Virus record (IMG/VR): IMGVR_UViG_3300037420_001751
From: an uncultured virus (IMG/VR IMGVR_UViG_3300037420_001751)
Lineage: Duplodnaviria > Heunggongvirae > Uroviricota > Caudoviricetes
Length of the DNA stretch: 64,000 nt
Strand: one strand, 5' to 3'
Shown here: one piece after another, positions 53,617 to 62,827 of the stretch
Layout: each line of letters starts with the position of its first letter
Numbering within the stretch: position 1 is the stretch's first letter
Translations under genes and position numbers: made by a program
The notes under the pieces: model-generated
The model's input: the letters and a program-made list of their open reading frames with translations, nothing else
Database searches by the model: none
Told to the model about the DNA's origin: nothing

Positions 53617-56019
53617 CTAATTTGCAACAAAGTTCAATCCCGGACCAAGCTTAGCGCCCCAAATATAACGCGTAAGGTTGACGGTCGGGCGCCAGTTTCC
53701 AGTTGTATCGCTCGCCGTACGTACAGCGTCACCCGTACAAGTGAAGTGCGTCTGATCTACGGCGACCACGTTGTTACACATCTGGTTCAGACCAGTAGTG
53801 CCGTAAATCTCGATATTCCACCCAGCAACATACGGGAATTGCCCGCCAGTACAGTTGCTATTGTTCGTTGTGATCGAAACGGTCGTACTCCCTGACTGTG
53901 AGACGGACGCGAGCGACCGCCCGATGCTGCCGCACGCGTCTTGCAGGTCAAATTGGTTTCCGGTATAGAACGTGACCGGGCTATGCTGATCTCCGCCGTA
54001 AATCGGACGATAGCGAACGCCTCCAGGAACCGTGACGCATGGGCCAATGGAGCATCCAGAACTGTTCGTCATGTATTGCGCGACCTCGTTCCCTCGTCCC
54101 GGGCATGCTTGGCCAGCCGTGCAGTGGTTCACGTAGAGACTGAAGTAGTCGCCGCCGAGCGACGTTTGATTCTGCTTGATGAAGCTGTAATGCCAGAGCA
54201 GCGTGAGTTTGTAGATTTCGCCGTACTGCAAGAGGCATTGATGCAGAGTACCGTTAGAACAGTAGAAGTTGCCGTTCATATTCAGGTTGAAGAACGCGCA
54301 TCCAGTCGGCGTGCCGGTTCCAGTCGCTAAATAGGTAAACGTCGTCGTCGATGTCGCCGTGATGGCCTTGTTTGTCCCGTTGTAGCCGGCGATCGAACAT
54401 CCCGACACGCTGATATTCTCACCGGTAAGGAAGCCATGTCCACCGAGCGTGCTGTTCGTTGTGACCGTTGCTACGGATCCAGTACCGGATACGCCAGTTA
54501 CGATATTCGTCGGCGATGCGCCGCTCTGCGTAATCGTGGCATTCATCGCGTGCATCCCGAGCACGAGCTGGATCGCGTTATTTTCATCGCCGTTATAGGC
54601 GGCGGGAAACGAAGTCAAGACGCCGTGAAAGTAGTCTGGCGCGATGTCTGATTCACCAGATGTAGCACCGCCGCGGTCGATCCAGCGGACTAATTTCTGT
54701 TGCGCCCATGCGGTTGCGCTGCTCGAGTTCTTGATTGGCTTCACGTAGAACGCATACGAGCAATCCGGAAGACACGCGCCATCCGGAATCGTTCGGATCA
54801 GCATGTTGTTGATGTCGGTGTCGACCGGTGCTGTCGTCGAAACGTAATCGATCTTCGCTCCGTAGGAGTAACCAGTTGGCGTATAGAGCGTCGCCGCTTG
54901 CGAAGTGTCGTAGGTGATCGCACCCGTTTCAAGATTGGTCGAGTTGAAGTTGTATGTCGGCCACGGCGAAAGCGCGCCGGCGAGTGTGCTCATGTCGACA
55001 TAGTTGAACTTGAACTGAGTAGACGGACTGCAACGTCCCGTTGGGGATGAGGGTGCACAGAACATCATGTTGTCGACGTAGCGGTCTTCGCCCACCGTCT
55101 TTTCGTCAACCGGCGAAGCGACGCGAATGCGATCTGCTTGTTGTCCGCCCCAACCCCAGTTGAAATTCCCTGAATCAAGATCGCCCCATGGAAAAGATGT
55201 GATATCGTTTACCCCTACCGGAGCAGCCCATCCGCTCGTCTTCCTGAAGACTTCCACGTCGTCCACGTAGAGATGGACCTGGGAGTCCTGAACACCGACC
55301 GACTTGCGTGTGGTACAGAGTTCGAGGTTGTACCAGCGATCATAGTCCAATTCCATGACTCCACCGTTGTAAGCATTGGAATCAGGGACGTTAAAACCCG
55401 CGTCTGCGTAGGCACCATACAAGCTGTATCCGTGTCCGCCTGAGGGAAGTACATCTTGATAAGCAAGGCGTAGACTGATGCGCCCCGTTGTGGGAGAGCC
55501 GTCACTTGAAAGAATGAACTCCCACTTAGCCCCACCATCGCCACGATTGCCACTTTTGTTCCACATCAGCTTGCGCTGGATGACTTTACTGTTTCCGGAA
55601 TCCGGCGTCTTGAAATAGTAGTCAGCTTTCTGGCAGAGTGTCTGATATCCAGTGCCGGTCTTTCCACCGGCATCGACCCACTCAATTTGCATGTTCGAAT
55701 CTTGGTGGTCGCTGCAGGTATAGCTGCCGTAGTTGCCTGACGCTTGAAGCGCAAAGCGAAGGTCCACTGAATAAGAGCCGTCCTTCGCCCTGTTCGTATT
55801 GCGCGCAATGGTCGAACCACTGTTAAGACCGCAGCCGCCGTTCCCGTCGACTAAACTGAAAGGACTTGCGCCGGATTCGAAATCGTTGGACGCAAGGATG
55901 TTATTGGCAACGAGCGTAAACCCGCGCTGCTTACTTTGGCGATGTGTGAAGCTGCGGCTAATCGTCTGTGATTGCAGAGCGAACGAGCAAAAGAGCACAA
56001 GCGCAACGAGTTTTTTCAT
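53617..56019 (-). CDS. signal-peptide-bearing Cys-rich protein with lectin / polysaccharide-lyase-like beta domains
   Basis: MKKLVALVLFCSFALQS; NDFESG..RWYNLEL..LYVDD..YVDN; ATVTT..HGF.TG..I..SG..YNG..I....TTFTY module. Confidence 0.7.
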   Translation of the reverse strand: MKKLVALVLFCSFALQSQTISRSFTHRQSKQRGFTLVANNILASNDFESGASPFSLVDGNGGCGLNSGSTIARNTNRAKDGSYSVDLRFALQASGNYGSYTCSDHQDSNMQIEWVDAGGKTGTGYQTLCQKADYYFKTPDSGNSKVIQRKLMWNKSGNRGDGGAKWEFILSSDGSPTTGRISLRLAYQDVLPSGGHGYSLYGAYADAGFNVPDSNAYNGGVMELDYDRWYNLELCTTRKSVGVQDSQVHLYVDDVEVFRKTSGWAAPVGVNDITSFPWGDLDSGNFNWGWGGQQADRIRVASPVDEKTVGEDRYVDNMMFCAPSSPTGRCSPSTQFKFNYVDMSTLAGALSPWPTYNFNSTNLETGAITYDTSQAATLYTPTGYSYGAKIDYVSTTAPVDTDINNMLIRTIPDGACLPDCSYAFYVKPIKNSSSATAWAQQKLVRWIDRGGATSGESDIAPDYFHGVLTSFPAAYNGDENNAIQLVLGMHAMNATITQSGASPTNIVTGVSGTGSVATVTTNSTLGGHGFLTGENISVSGCSIAGYNGTNKAITATSTTTFTYLATGTGTPTGCAFFNLNMNGNFYCSNGTLHQCLLQYGEIYKLTLLWHYSFIKQNQTSLGGDYFSLYVNHCTAGQACPGRGNEVAQYMTNSSGCSIGPCVTVPGGVRYRPIYGGDQHSPVTFYTGNQFDLQDACGSIGRSLASVSQSGSTTVSITTNNSNCTGGQFPYVAGWNIEIYGTTGLNQMCNNVVAVDQTHFTCTGDAVRTASDTTGNWRPTVNLTRYIWGAKLGPGLNFVAN

Positions 56020-56020
56020 A

Positions 56021-58201
56021 TTAGAAGTCAGACTTTACCATTCCTGCGGCTGTATCAAGGTTCTTGTTTGAGCCGGCCGTCGTGATTCGGCCGCCGTTGT
56101 TGATGCCAAGGTTGACGCCGGACGGTAACTTCGTCGTGATGTTCGCGACGTTCACGTTGTCGATGCAGAACGTGACGCTCGGCGTGGCGGCGTTCGCATC
56201 TTCGACGAACTCCCATTTGTGCTGCGTCGTGATCGCGCTCGCAGGATATGAACCGCCAAGATCCACCAGCGTTGGAGCGCCACTGCCGTTGTCACATGCA
56301 GCTTGAAGGTTCGTGTCGACGCCAGCTTCGAGCCGGAATCCGCAGTAGCTGAAGGATGGCGTCGCACTGCCGTGCTGGTTGGCGAACGAACCAGCGTTGC
56401 TGAGACCAAAGAACCAACGCGATTCGATGCTCTGCTGCGTCTTCCCAACCCACTGGTACTGATAATTGCGACCGGCGCGGAATGGCGTGCCGCCGAGATA
56501 TCCGACATCAGTGCCGACCGTCGTAGCGGTCGTCACGTACGAAATGTATTGTGACGTGGAGGCGGTTGGCGCTGCATTGCTCGCCGTGCCGGTGGCGGCA
56601 AAAACATCGCCCACCTGCGTAAAACCGCCCGACGTGTTTGCAACCCAATAAGACCAGCGGCCGGCGTTCGGCATCGGCATGGCACCGTTAATCCCGTTCA
56701 CTGAATCTTCCAAAAGCATATCCGTGCCGTCGTAGGTGACATCGTAGTAACGCCCGGGGCGAATATCACCATCTGACAAATTGACATTCGTACACGCGAC
56801 CGCTTTCTTGATCGTCTTGGCACCAAGCGAATTGAGATTGAGCGTCGCAGCGCCAGTGTTGATCGTGTTCGCCTTGAACCGATAGTGCGTACCGGCCGCG
56901 TAGCTGGAAATCGCCGGTGAGAGGTTGCATGCATAGGCATCGCTTGCACCAACGTCGGAACAGGTACCCGACCCCTCGATCTGATCCTGCTTTGCGGCAG
57001 CAGTCGTGTTCAAACCGGTGCGGTACACCACGCCGTTCGTGCCCGGATCTCCGAGGCCACTGCCTCCGGCACCACCGTCACCGAACGCTACCCACGCGCT
57101 GCCGTTCGAAACACACCACACACGCGTCGACCCGCTGCCCGCCGTGCAATCGGAGGCGCTGTTGCCGTCTGTGACCATGTATTGAACGTCGGTATTCGAT
57201 GCGGCAGCCGGGAGCGAGGCGACCGTACTCTTCGGTAGCTTGACCTTCATTGCGTTCAGATCTTGCAAGCCTCCGCCCGAGTAACTGTTCGCCTGATTGT
57301 TCTTGACCAGGCTCGACGCATCGGACAGATTTGAGCTCGATGGCTGCGTGTAGGTGACAACGCCCGCCGTTGAGACGGCCGTCGCAAATTGATTAGTACC
57401 CGCCGTGCTCGCAACGACTGTCGTGCCAATCGTACCGCCATTGTTCTTATCGTGATAGCGCTGGTCGGTCGTATCGCACCAACTGGACAACTTACCGCTC
57501 GCCGGCGAGGACGGCGCTGACTGGCAAGTGAGGGTGTCGGGTCCGGTCGCATCAGTTGCGGAATAACCAAGAGAGCGCATGTCCCCGGCATCTGTTGTCA
57601 GGGGTCCTTCCGCCACTAGCTTCGAACTAGTGGCGTCCCATCGAAATGTCTGATAGTTCACGCGGTTGGAGCTGGTGTCAAGTGACGGTCCACCTTGCAC
57701 GTTTGTGGGCCACACAAACGTTCGTCCGCCGGTCGCATCCTGCGCGATACGGAACTTAACCAGTTGCCCGTCCGATGAGCAGCCAGTAAGCGTGCTGGAC
57801 GTAACGTTGCCAGTCAGGGTGATCAGTTCGAGCTGTTTGCAGTTGAACGTCGGTGTAGCAGAGAAGCTGATAGTCTCAGTCGTACGTGTGACTCCGAACG
57901 TTCCGCTAGTCGTGATAGGCGTACTCGAGACGGTAAAATCCGGAGGCATCGAAAGTCCAACACTTGACACGCCACCTCCACCTCCGGAGATGGCGCTCCA
58001 CGTTCCACCTGTGCCGCAAAGCCGGAGACCGTTCGTGGAGAAAGAAAAACGGATCTCGCCGGGTGTACAAGACGCAGAGTCACTTTGCGTAGCGGTGACA
58101 GACGACGCTTCTTTACCGTAGACCGGTGTCGGTGTTCCCTGCGCATGGGCCAGAGACGCACACAGCAAAACGAGGAGGAAGAGTACGAAAAACTTTTTCA
58201 C
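56021..58201 (-). CDS. signal-peptide-bearing tail-fibre-like protein
   Basis: GTG start with TAAGGAG SD; KKFFVLFLLVLLCASLAHA-Q; QDATGGRTFVWP and FKA..NTGAATLNLNSLGAK..GDI..YDGT fibre modules. Confidence 0.75.
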   Translation of the reverse strand: MKKFFVLFLLVLLCASLAHAQGTPTPVYGKEASSVTATQSDSASCTPGEIRFSFSTNGLRLCGTGGTWSAISGGGGGVSSVGLSMPPDFTVSSTPITTSGTFGVTRTTETISFSATPTFNCKQLELITLTGNVTSSTLTGCSSDGQLVKFRIAQDATGGRTFVWPTNVQGGPSLDTSSNRVNYQTFRWDATSSKLVAEGPLTTDAGDMRSLGYSATDATGPDTLTCQSAPSSPASGKLSSWCDTTDQRYHDKNNGGTIGTTVVASTAGTNQFATAVSTAGVVTYTQPSSSNLSDASSLVKNNQANSYSGGGLQDLNAMKVKLPKSTVASLPAAASNTDVQYMVTDGNSASDCTAGSGSTRVWCVSNGSAWVAFGDGGAGGSGLGDPGTNGVVYRTGLNTTAAAKQDQIEGSGTCSDVGASDAYACNLSPAISSYAAGTHYRFKANTINTGAATLNLNSLGAKTIKKAVACTNVNLSDGDIRPGRYYDVTYDGTDMLLEDSVNGINGAMPMPNAGRWSYWVANTSGGFTQVGDVFAATGTASNAAPTASTSQYISYVTTATTVGTDVGYLGGTPFRAGRNYQYQWVGKTQQSIESRWFFGLSNAGSFANQHGSATPSFSYCGFRLEAGVDTNLQAACDNGSGAPTLVDLGGSYPASAITTQHKWEFVEDANAATPSVTFCIDNVNVANITTKLPSGVNLGINNGGRITTAGSNKNLDTAAGMVKSDF

Positions 58202-58211
58202 AGCAGTCTCC

Positions 58212-58655
58212 TTATCGAGTAGCAAGGACTTCAAGTTGAACGGTGGGTGAGCTGCCGCCGGAAAGGGCAGTCAAGTTCCCCATGATCGTGATCCATGACT
58301 TACCTGATACGTGCACACTCACCTTGCTGGTGCACGTAATGTCGGAGGTCAAGTTCCCGCCGGAGAAATCGGCAAACACCGGGTTCTCGTTTGCGAGTTT
58401 CACGCTACCGAGTACCTGATACGTGCACGTGGCTGGGCTTCCGGTGGGAGTGATCGTGATGGTGTATTCTTTGGGGACGAAGCCATCGTTGACCGCATAC
58501 TGGTTACTCGAAGCTGATTGTCCGGTGGCAAACTGGAAAGCAGCCGTCTGCCCGGTCGTAGTCTGCGGGTCAAAGCGTTTGAAGACGTAGGCGGGCGCCG
58601 CATAGCAGAGGATGCCGAGCACCAGCACCAGAACAAAAACTGAGAGTTTCTTCAT
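58212..58655 (-). CDS. signal-peptide-bearing small beta-rich protein
   Basis: MKKLSVFVLVLVLGILCYA-A; SD GGAGG; two Cys in the mature part. Confidence 0.7.
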   Translation of the reverse strand: MKKLSVFVLVLVLGILCYAAPAYVFKRFDPQTTTGQTAAFQFATGQSASSNQYAVNDGFVPKEYTITITPTGSPATCTYQVLGSVKLANENPVFADFSGGNLTSDITCTSKVSVHVSGKSWITIMGNLTALSGGSSPTVQLEVLATR

Positions 58656-58681
58656 AACTTCCTCCACCTAATAGGGTAGCA

Positions 58682-59104
58682 TTACCTGGTTGAATCACGA
58701 AAGTACGGAATCGTCAAGATGCCGATCTGACGACCATTACGCACACCAGCATTTTTGAGCCGTCCCACACGAAAGAAAATACGTCCGTTTTCAGTCGTTT
58801 GAAAATCTTTGTTCTGGTACAAATCGGCAATGGATTGGGCAAGTTCGTTCACTTCTTTTGTCGTTTTGGCTGGTGTCCCGTAGACGTTTACTTGCACGAT
58901 ACCGGAGCGTCGAAACGGACTATTGCTCCCTACCTCGATCGAGCTGCCGTCGCCGTCTAAAACCATCAGCAACGTGTAAGGCTGATCATCCGGTGGGTTC
59001 AACGGAGTGCCTTCGTAGAAACAAGACACAGTACCGATATGCGGAGTTTCAAACCCATCCTTAAAGATGGTTTGAATTTTGACCCGTGCGATTTCAAAGG
59101 ACAT
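58682..59104 (-). CDS. tail terminator-like protein
   Basis: Position; RRSGIVQVNVY, LAQSIADLY, IPY. Confidence 0.7.
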   Translation of the reverse strand: MSFEIARVKIQTIFKDGFETPHIGTVSCFYEGTPLNPPDDQPYTLLMVLDGDGSSIEVGSNSPFRRSGIVQVNVYGTPAKTTKEVNELAQSIADLYQNKDFQTTENGRIFFRVGRLKNAGVRNGRQIGILTIPYFRDSTR

Positions 59105-59510
59105 TTTTGATAAACTCCTCGATACTGCTTTCCAGTTCAGCAACGCTCAGGCGCAACATGCCGTCCGGCGCTTGCTGCGACCATCCCTCATATTCTAACC
59201 GTTCAATGTAAGGAACCTTGTTATACAAGTACCACGTGACATAGGGGTACTCAAAGGAAACTTGCGACGCACGTTGGATCGCCTCTTCCGGGCTGCTGCT
59301 CTGCCCCTCTGGTACCATGAATGATCCGGGATTACCGCGCCCAATTGACCAACTTCCCGCCGCGCGTCCGGTGCGGATAGGAGTTCGATAGGCCACTTTC
59401 ACAAGAAGCGCAATCATGGTGGCACGAAGCACCGCAGCGTATCGCTGGTCGACTTCTCGACCAATACGTTGTAAAGCAGCGCGGAAAGATCGTGTGTCTT
59501 TATAGATCAA
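59094..59510 (-). CDS. HK97 gp10-like neck / tail completion protein
   Basis: TPIRTGRA.GSW, N.VPY..RLEY.GWS.QAP.GM. Confidence 0.8.
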   Translation of the reverse strand: MIYKDTRSFRAALQRIGREVDQRYAAVLRATMIALLVKVAYRTPIRTGRAAGSWSIGRGNPGSFMVPEGQSSSPEEAIQRASQVSFEYPYVTWYLYNKVPYIERLEYEGWSQQAPDGMLRLSVAELESSIEEFIKNVL

Positions 59511-59923
59511 TTGCGTAGCGTAAGGTCGTAGACCACAGCTACAAGGGCGGGTTGGATGGGTTTACACTCGATAACCTGATAATCCACACTGCCGATGTTC
59601 ACGCGGTCACCAGTTTTGGGCGCCGGTAACGCGGTGCCGTTGGTTGCCTTTGCGGACATAAGCGCCCGCACTTCCTCGAGCCGGACTTGAGTGCCGTGGT
59701 TGAACTGGTCGTCCCACTCGTATTTCTTACCGTCCGTGAAAACTTTATCCCAAGGGACAAAAGCAGCGCGGGTATTGTAGGTGGACGGGCCTCCGCCGGT
59801 AAGATCATTTGTCGCAGCGTCATATGTACCCGGGTTCACAGACACAAACACAGCGTCAGTACCCATCTCCTCAAGGATAGCGTCAACGTCGTCGATTAAC
59901 GAATTGTAGTCAAACGTTGCCAC
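59507..59923 (-). CDS. head-closure protein
   Basis: Position; YD..T, P..GD.V, I.PA....Y.L.LR. Confidence 0.65.
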   Translation of the reverse strand: MATFDYNSLIDDVDAILEEMGTDAVFVSVNPGTYDAATNDLTGGGPSTYNTRAAFVPWDKVFTDGKKYEWDDQFNHGTQVRLEEVRALMSAKATNGTALPAPKTGDRVNIGSVDYQVIECKPIQPALVAVVYDLTLRN

Positions 59924-60429
59924 TAGCTACGCTCCATCCGGATGGAAATTCCACTGCCGCTAAACAGCGGGGAGAGGATCATTTCCGGGTAGCTCCAAAT
60001 CTTGGACGGCACCTGTCCCACCGCGTAGTCGATCTCAATGGGGCCAACCTTCTTTTTGATGATAGAAGCGGCGCCCGCGGCAATGTCGGGCATGAGTTGG
60101 TTGGTCAGAGCACGCTTCGCCAGCTCAATGGTCGCGTTCTTCAGCTCTTTCGGAATCGTGTTTGGCGGGATGCAAATGTACTCTTCCTTGTAGACATCGA
60201 TCCGAGGCCAGGAAAGGGCTTGCCCGCTGGACGTTTGATAACCCTGCCAACGTGCGCGGTAGCGCGAATCGATGTAAGCAGTGGCAATGATTAGCGCGGC
60301 TTCCTTGACGGAGTTTGTTCCCGTCCAAGTCGCATCGTTCCGGTCAGCAAAATAAGCATCCGCATCCGCCACGGAAGCGTAACTGTTCGCGCTCGCGTCA
60401 CCTGCACCGGTTTCAACAATCAATGCCAC
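59923..60429 (-). CDS. head-tail adaptor
   Basis: LIVETG.G..ANSYASVADADAYF, QAL.WPR, IP.ELK.A..ELA, KVGPIE..Y. Confidence 0.8.
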   Translation of the reverse strand: MALIVETGAGDASANSYASVADADAYFADRNDATWTGTNSVKEAALIIATAYIDSRYRARWQGYQTSSGQALSWPRIDVYKEEYICIPPNTIPKELKNATIELAKRALTNQLMPDIAAGAASIIKKKVGPIEIDYAVGQVPSKIWSYPEMILSPLFSGSGISIRMERS

Positions 60430-60443
60430 TGCTCACCCCCGAT

Positions 60444-60716
60444 TTACTTCTTGTCGTCTTGCTTCTGTTTCTGCTCGACCACATGGCCCTTGTCGTTCAC
60501 GACTTGGCCGTCCTCGTTGCAGAGGGTGTGGATCTTTGCATCGAAGGTGCCTGCATCGATCACCATCACGTCGCCGCCGAATTCCTTGTGAAGGACGCGC
60601 AGCGTGCGGAGATCGTCATTCAGACCAGTCGCACGAGGCTCCCCTTCTTTGCGCTTCTGGTGGTCAGGCAAGTCCTGTTTGACTTCAGCGAGGGTTGCAA
60701 ATTTCTGTTCAGACAT
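60444..60716 (-). CDS. hypothetical protein after the capsid gene
   Basis: VI....FD.KIH motif; SD GGAG. Confidence 0.55.
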   Translation of the reverse strand: MSEQKFATLAEVKQDLPDHQKRKEGEPRATGLNDDLRTLRVLHKEFGGDVMVIDAGTFDAKIHTLCNEDGQVVNDKGHVVEQKQKQDDKK

Positions 60717-60730
60717 TCAAATCTCCGGTG

Positions 60731-60762
60731 AAACAAAAATGGGGTGAGCTTTCGCCCACCCC
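60731..60762 (-). terminator. intrinsic terminator after the capsid gene
   Basis: GGGGTGGGC-GAAA-GCTCACCCC-ATTTTTGTTT. Confidence 0.8.
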
Positions 60763-60788
60763 TGAATTGTACAGCAATGCTGGCTTGA

Positions 60789-61940
60789 TTAGCCCAGCAT
60801 CAAACCAGCCAGATTCGGATCGAGCGTCTTGACGCCGTACAGCACGTCCAAGCCGACCTTCACAGCCGAGCTGTCACCGACATACCACACGCGCGAGCGC
60901 AGGGTGAGTCCGGTGATCGGATCCGACACCGTGGCGACCTTCGCACCGAGCTGGTTCGCCATGTCCGTCAACGGGGCCATCGCAAGCGCGAACGCGTTGC
61001 GGTGGAATGCCATGTTGCGGACGCCGTTCTGCAGGACCGCAGTGATGACAGTGTTGTCCACCACAGCGATCTTCAGCTTCGGGGTGATCGTGACGCCGTT
61101 GAACTGGTTACCCGACGCCGTGAACGTGCCCGTCACCGCGTAGTTCTGAGTGTCGCCAGCGAACTGGAGGACATCACCAGGAACCAGAGTGCCGGTCACA
61201 GCGCCCGCGTCGATGTTGAGCGTGCTCGTGCCCGCCGGATAGCCAGACGCGTTGTTGACCGCGAGGGTCGTGGTCGAGCAAGTACCCTTGGTGTGCGTTT
61301 TGACGTTCTGGTTGGCGAAGATGTCGAACCCGTACTTCACGCCGAGCGAGCCGCGAGTCTGGGTGTTGACGCCTTTGTCACCAGCGCCTTGCTGCTGAGC
61401 GAAAGCAGCCAGCTGAAGGAACTTGTCTTCAGCGTTGCCGTCGATCATCAGCGACATCGCACCAGGGTCCTGCAGCGGGACCGCGTTGTTGAAGAGCACG
61501 CGGCGGATGCCCGTGATGTCCGAAACACCGGACGGCGTGGTGCCAGCGGTGCCGTTGTACCACGGAACGTCCTTGTACAACGCGCAGAGCTTCTGGTCGA
61601 TGTCGTCAGCGAGAGCATATGCCGCCGGGCGGATGTGCTTCGTGATGATCTCTTCCTGCGTGTAGTTCAACTCCTTGTCAGACAGGGCGAATTTGACTTC
61701 GCGCCAGTTGCTCAGGGTGATGTTCACGCTGTCTGCATTGATCGCCTGGTCGGTGCCGGGCGCATCCTGCGCTGCGAAGGTCGACGGCACCGGGATGCTG
61801 ATGACGGAACCTTTTTGCTGCGGGTTCTTGTCATAGCCACGGTGAACGCGACCCGCCATGCCCAGAGCTTTCTCGAGCTGGATGAGAGCCAGCTGGGCGT
61901 AGAAAATCGGGTCAAATACTGATAATACGTTAGTGGGCAC
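60789..61940 (-). CDS. major capsid protein (P22 coat / gp5-like)
   Basis: I.PA..ALA..ID, LG..YGFD...QN, beta insertion domain, N.AFH.NAFALA..PL, DVLYG.K.L. Confidence 0.9.
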   Translation of the reverse strand: MPTNVLSVFDPIFYAQLALIQLEKALGMAGRVHRGYDKNPQQKGSVISIPVPSTFAAQDAPGTDQAINADSVNITLSNWREVKFALSDKELNYTQEEIITKHIRPAAYALADDIDQKLCALYKDVPWYNGTAGTTPSGVSDITGIRRVLFNNAVPLQDPGAMSLMIDGNAEDKFLQLAAFAQQQGAGDKGVNTQTRGSLGVKYGFDIFANQNVKTHTKGTCSTTTLAVNNASGYPAGTSTLNIDAGAVTGTLVPGDVLQFAGDTQNYAVTGTFTASGNQFNGVTITPKLKIAVVDNTVITAVLQNGVRNMAFHRNAFALAMAPLTDMANQLGAKVATVSDPITGLTLRSRVWYVGDSSAVKVGLDVLYGVKTLDPNLAGLMLG

Positions 61941-61973
61941 TTGCTGCCGCCCTCCCAGGCGGTTTCAATAGGG

Positions 61974-62750
61974 TTAGTCGACGACTTGGATCTTGGTCGC
62001 GTCATTTCCGGCTTTTTCCAACGCTGCGCGGTAGAGTGCCGGCTGAACTGCTTCCTGCCTCGTCAGTTTCACGGTCGCGACTTGGCCGCCCCCGCCATTT
62101 CCGTTTCCACCTTGCCCGCGGTCGCTGCTCGAGCCACCGCCGGATGCTGCCGGCGCCTTAAACGCAGGAGCGTATTTCTTATCGGCTTTCGCTTCGCCCA
62201 CCAGTTCGGTGATCGTCATCGCTTCACCGGTTTTGGCTGAAACACGAGCTTTGCCGTCCTTCCCTACCACTTGTACCACAAAGTCACCATCTTTTTCAAC
62301 GATCTTCAGGTTGGATCGGAGATGGGGGGTCACCAGGAACTCATCGCCTTCCTGGGCGACGATCTCTTTGATGAGCACATTGTCGATGAGTTCTTTCTCC
62401 AGGCGCCCTTTCATGCGGCCTTCCGCATCACGCGCGGTGGAAACTTCGCGGTCGCGCGTCTTGTTGTTTTCCTGCACAGCCTGCGCGATGCGTTGGAGGA
62501 CTTGCTGTTCGCGCTGATCGCCCTCTTCCATCTCTTTCAGCGCCTTCTGGATCGTGGCCGCGTCGACCTTATCGCCGAGTCCGACAAACTTGTCGTACAC
62601 CGTTTTGTATTTCGAATTGTTGGTCAGCAATTCCTGGTGCTTCTGCAGCAGCGGAGCCGCATCGACGACCCAAACCTCACCCTCCTGTACTGCTTTCTCC
62701 CGTACATTCTCGGGGATTTCGTCTTTGGTTGCGTACACGATCTTCGGCAT
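61974..62750 (-). CDS. capsid scaffolding protein
   Basis: Between portal and capsid; coiled coil, Gly-rich linker ASGGGS, short C-terminal helix. Confidence 0.75.
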   Translation of the reverse strand: MPKIVYATKDEIPENVREKAVQEGEVWVVDAAPLLQKHQELLTNNSKYKTVYDKFVGLGDKVDAATIQKALKEMEEGDQREQQVLQRIAQAVQENNKTRDREVSTARDAEGRMKGRLEKELIDNVLIKEIVAQEGDEFLVTPHLRSNLKIVEKDGDFVVQVVGKDGKARVSAKTGEAMTITELVGEAKADKKYAPAFKAPAASGGGSSSDRGQGGNGNGGGGQVATVKLTRQEAVQPALYRAALEKAGNDATKIQVVD

Positions 62751-62827
62751 CTGTTTTTCCTTTTATAGGGCTTAGCCCGATTTCCAGCTTAGCTGGCTGG
62801 TAGGATTACCCTAAACGATGCCCGGGG

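Noticed and set aside
53617..58655. Host-derived genomic island interrupting the phage
   Set aside because: Same strand and tight spacing as the flanking virion genes, no att or IS ends, and fibre-type modules present
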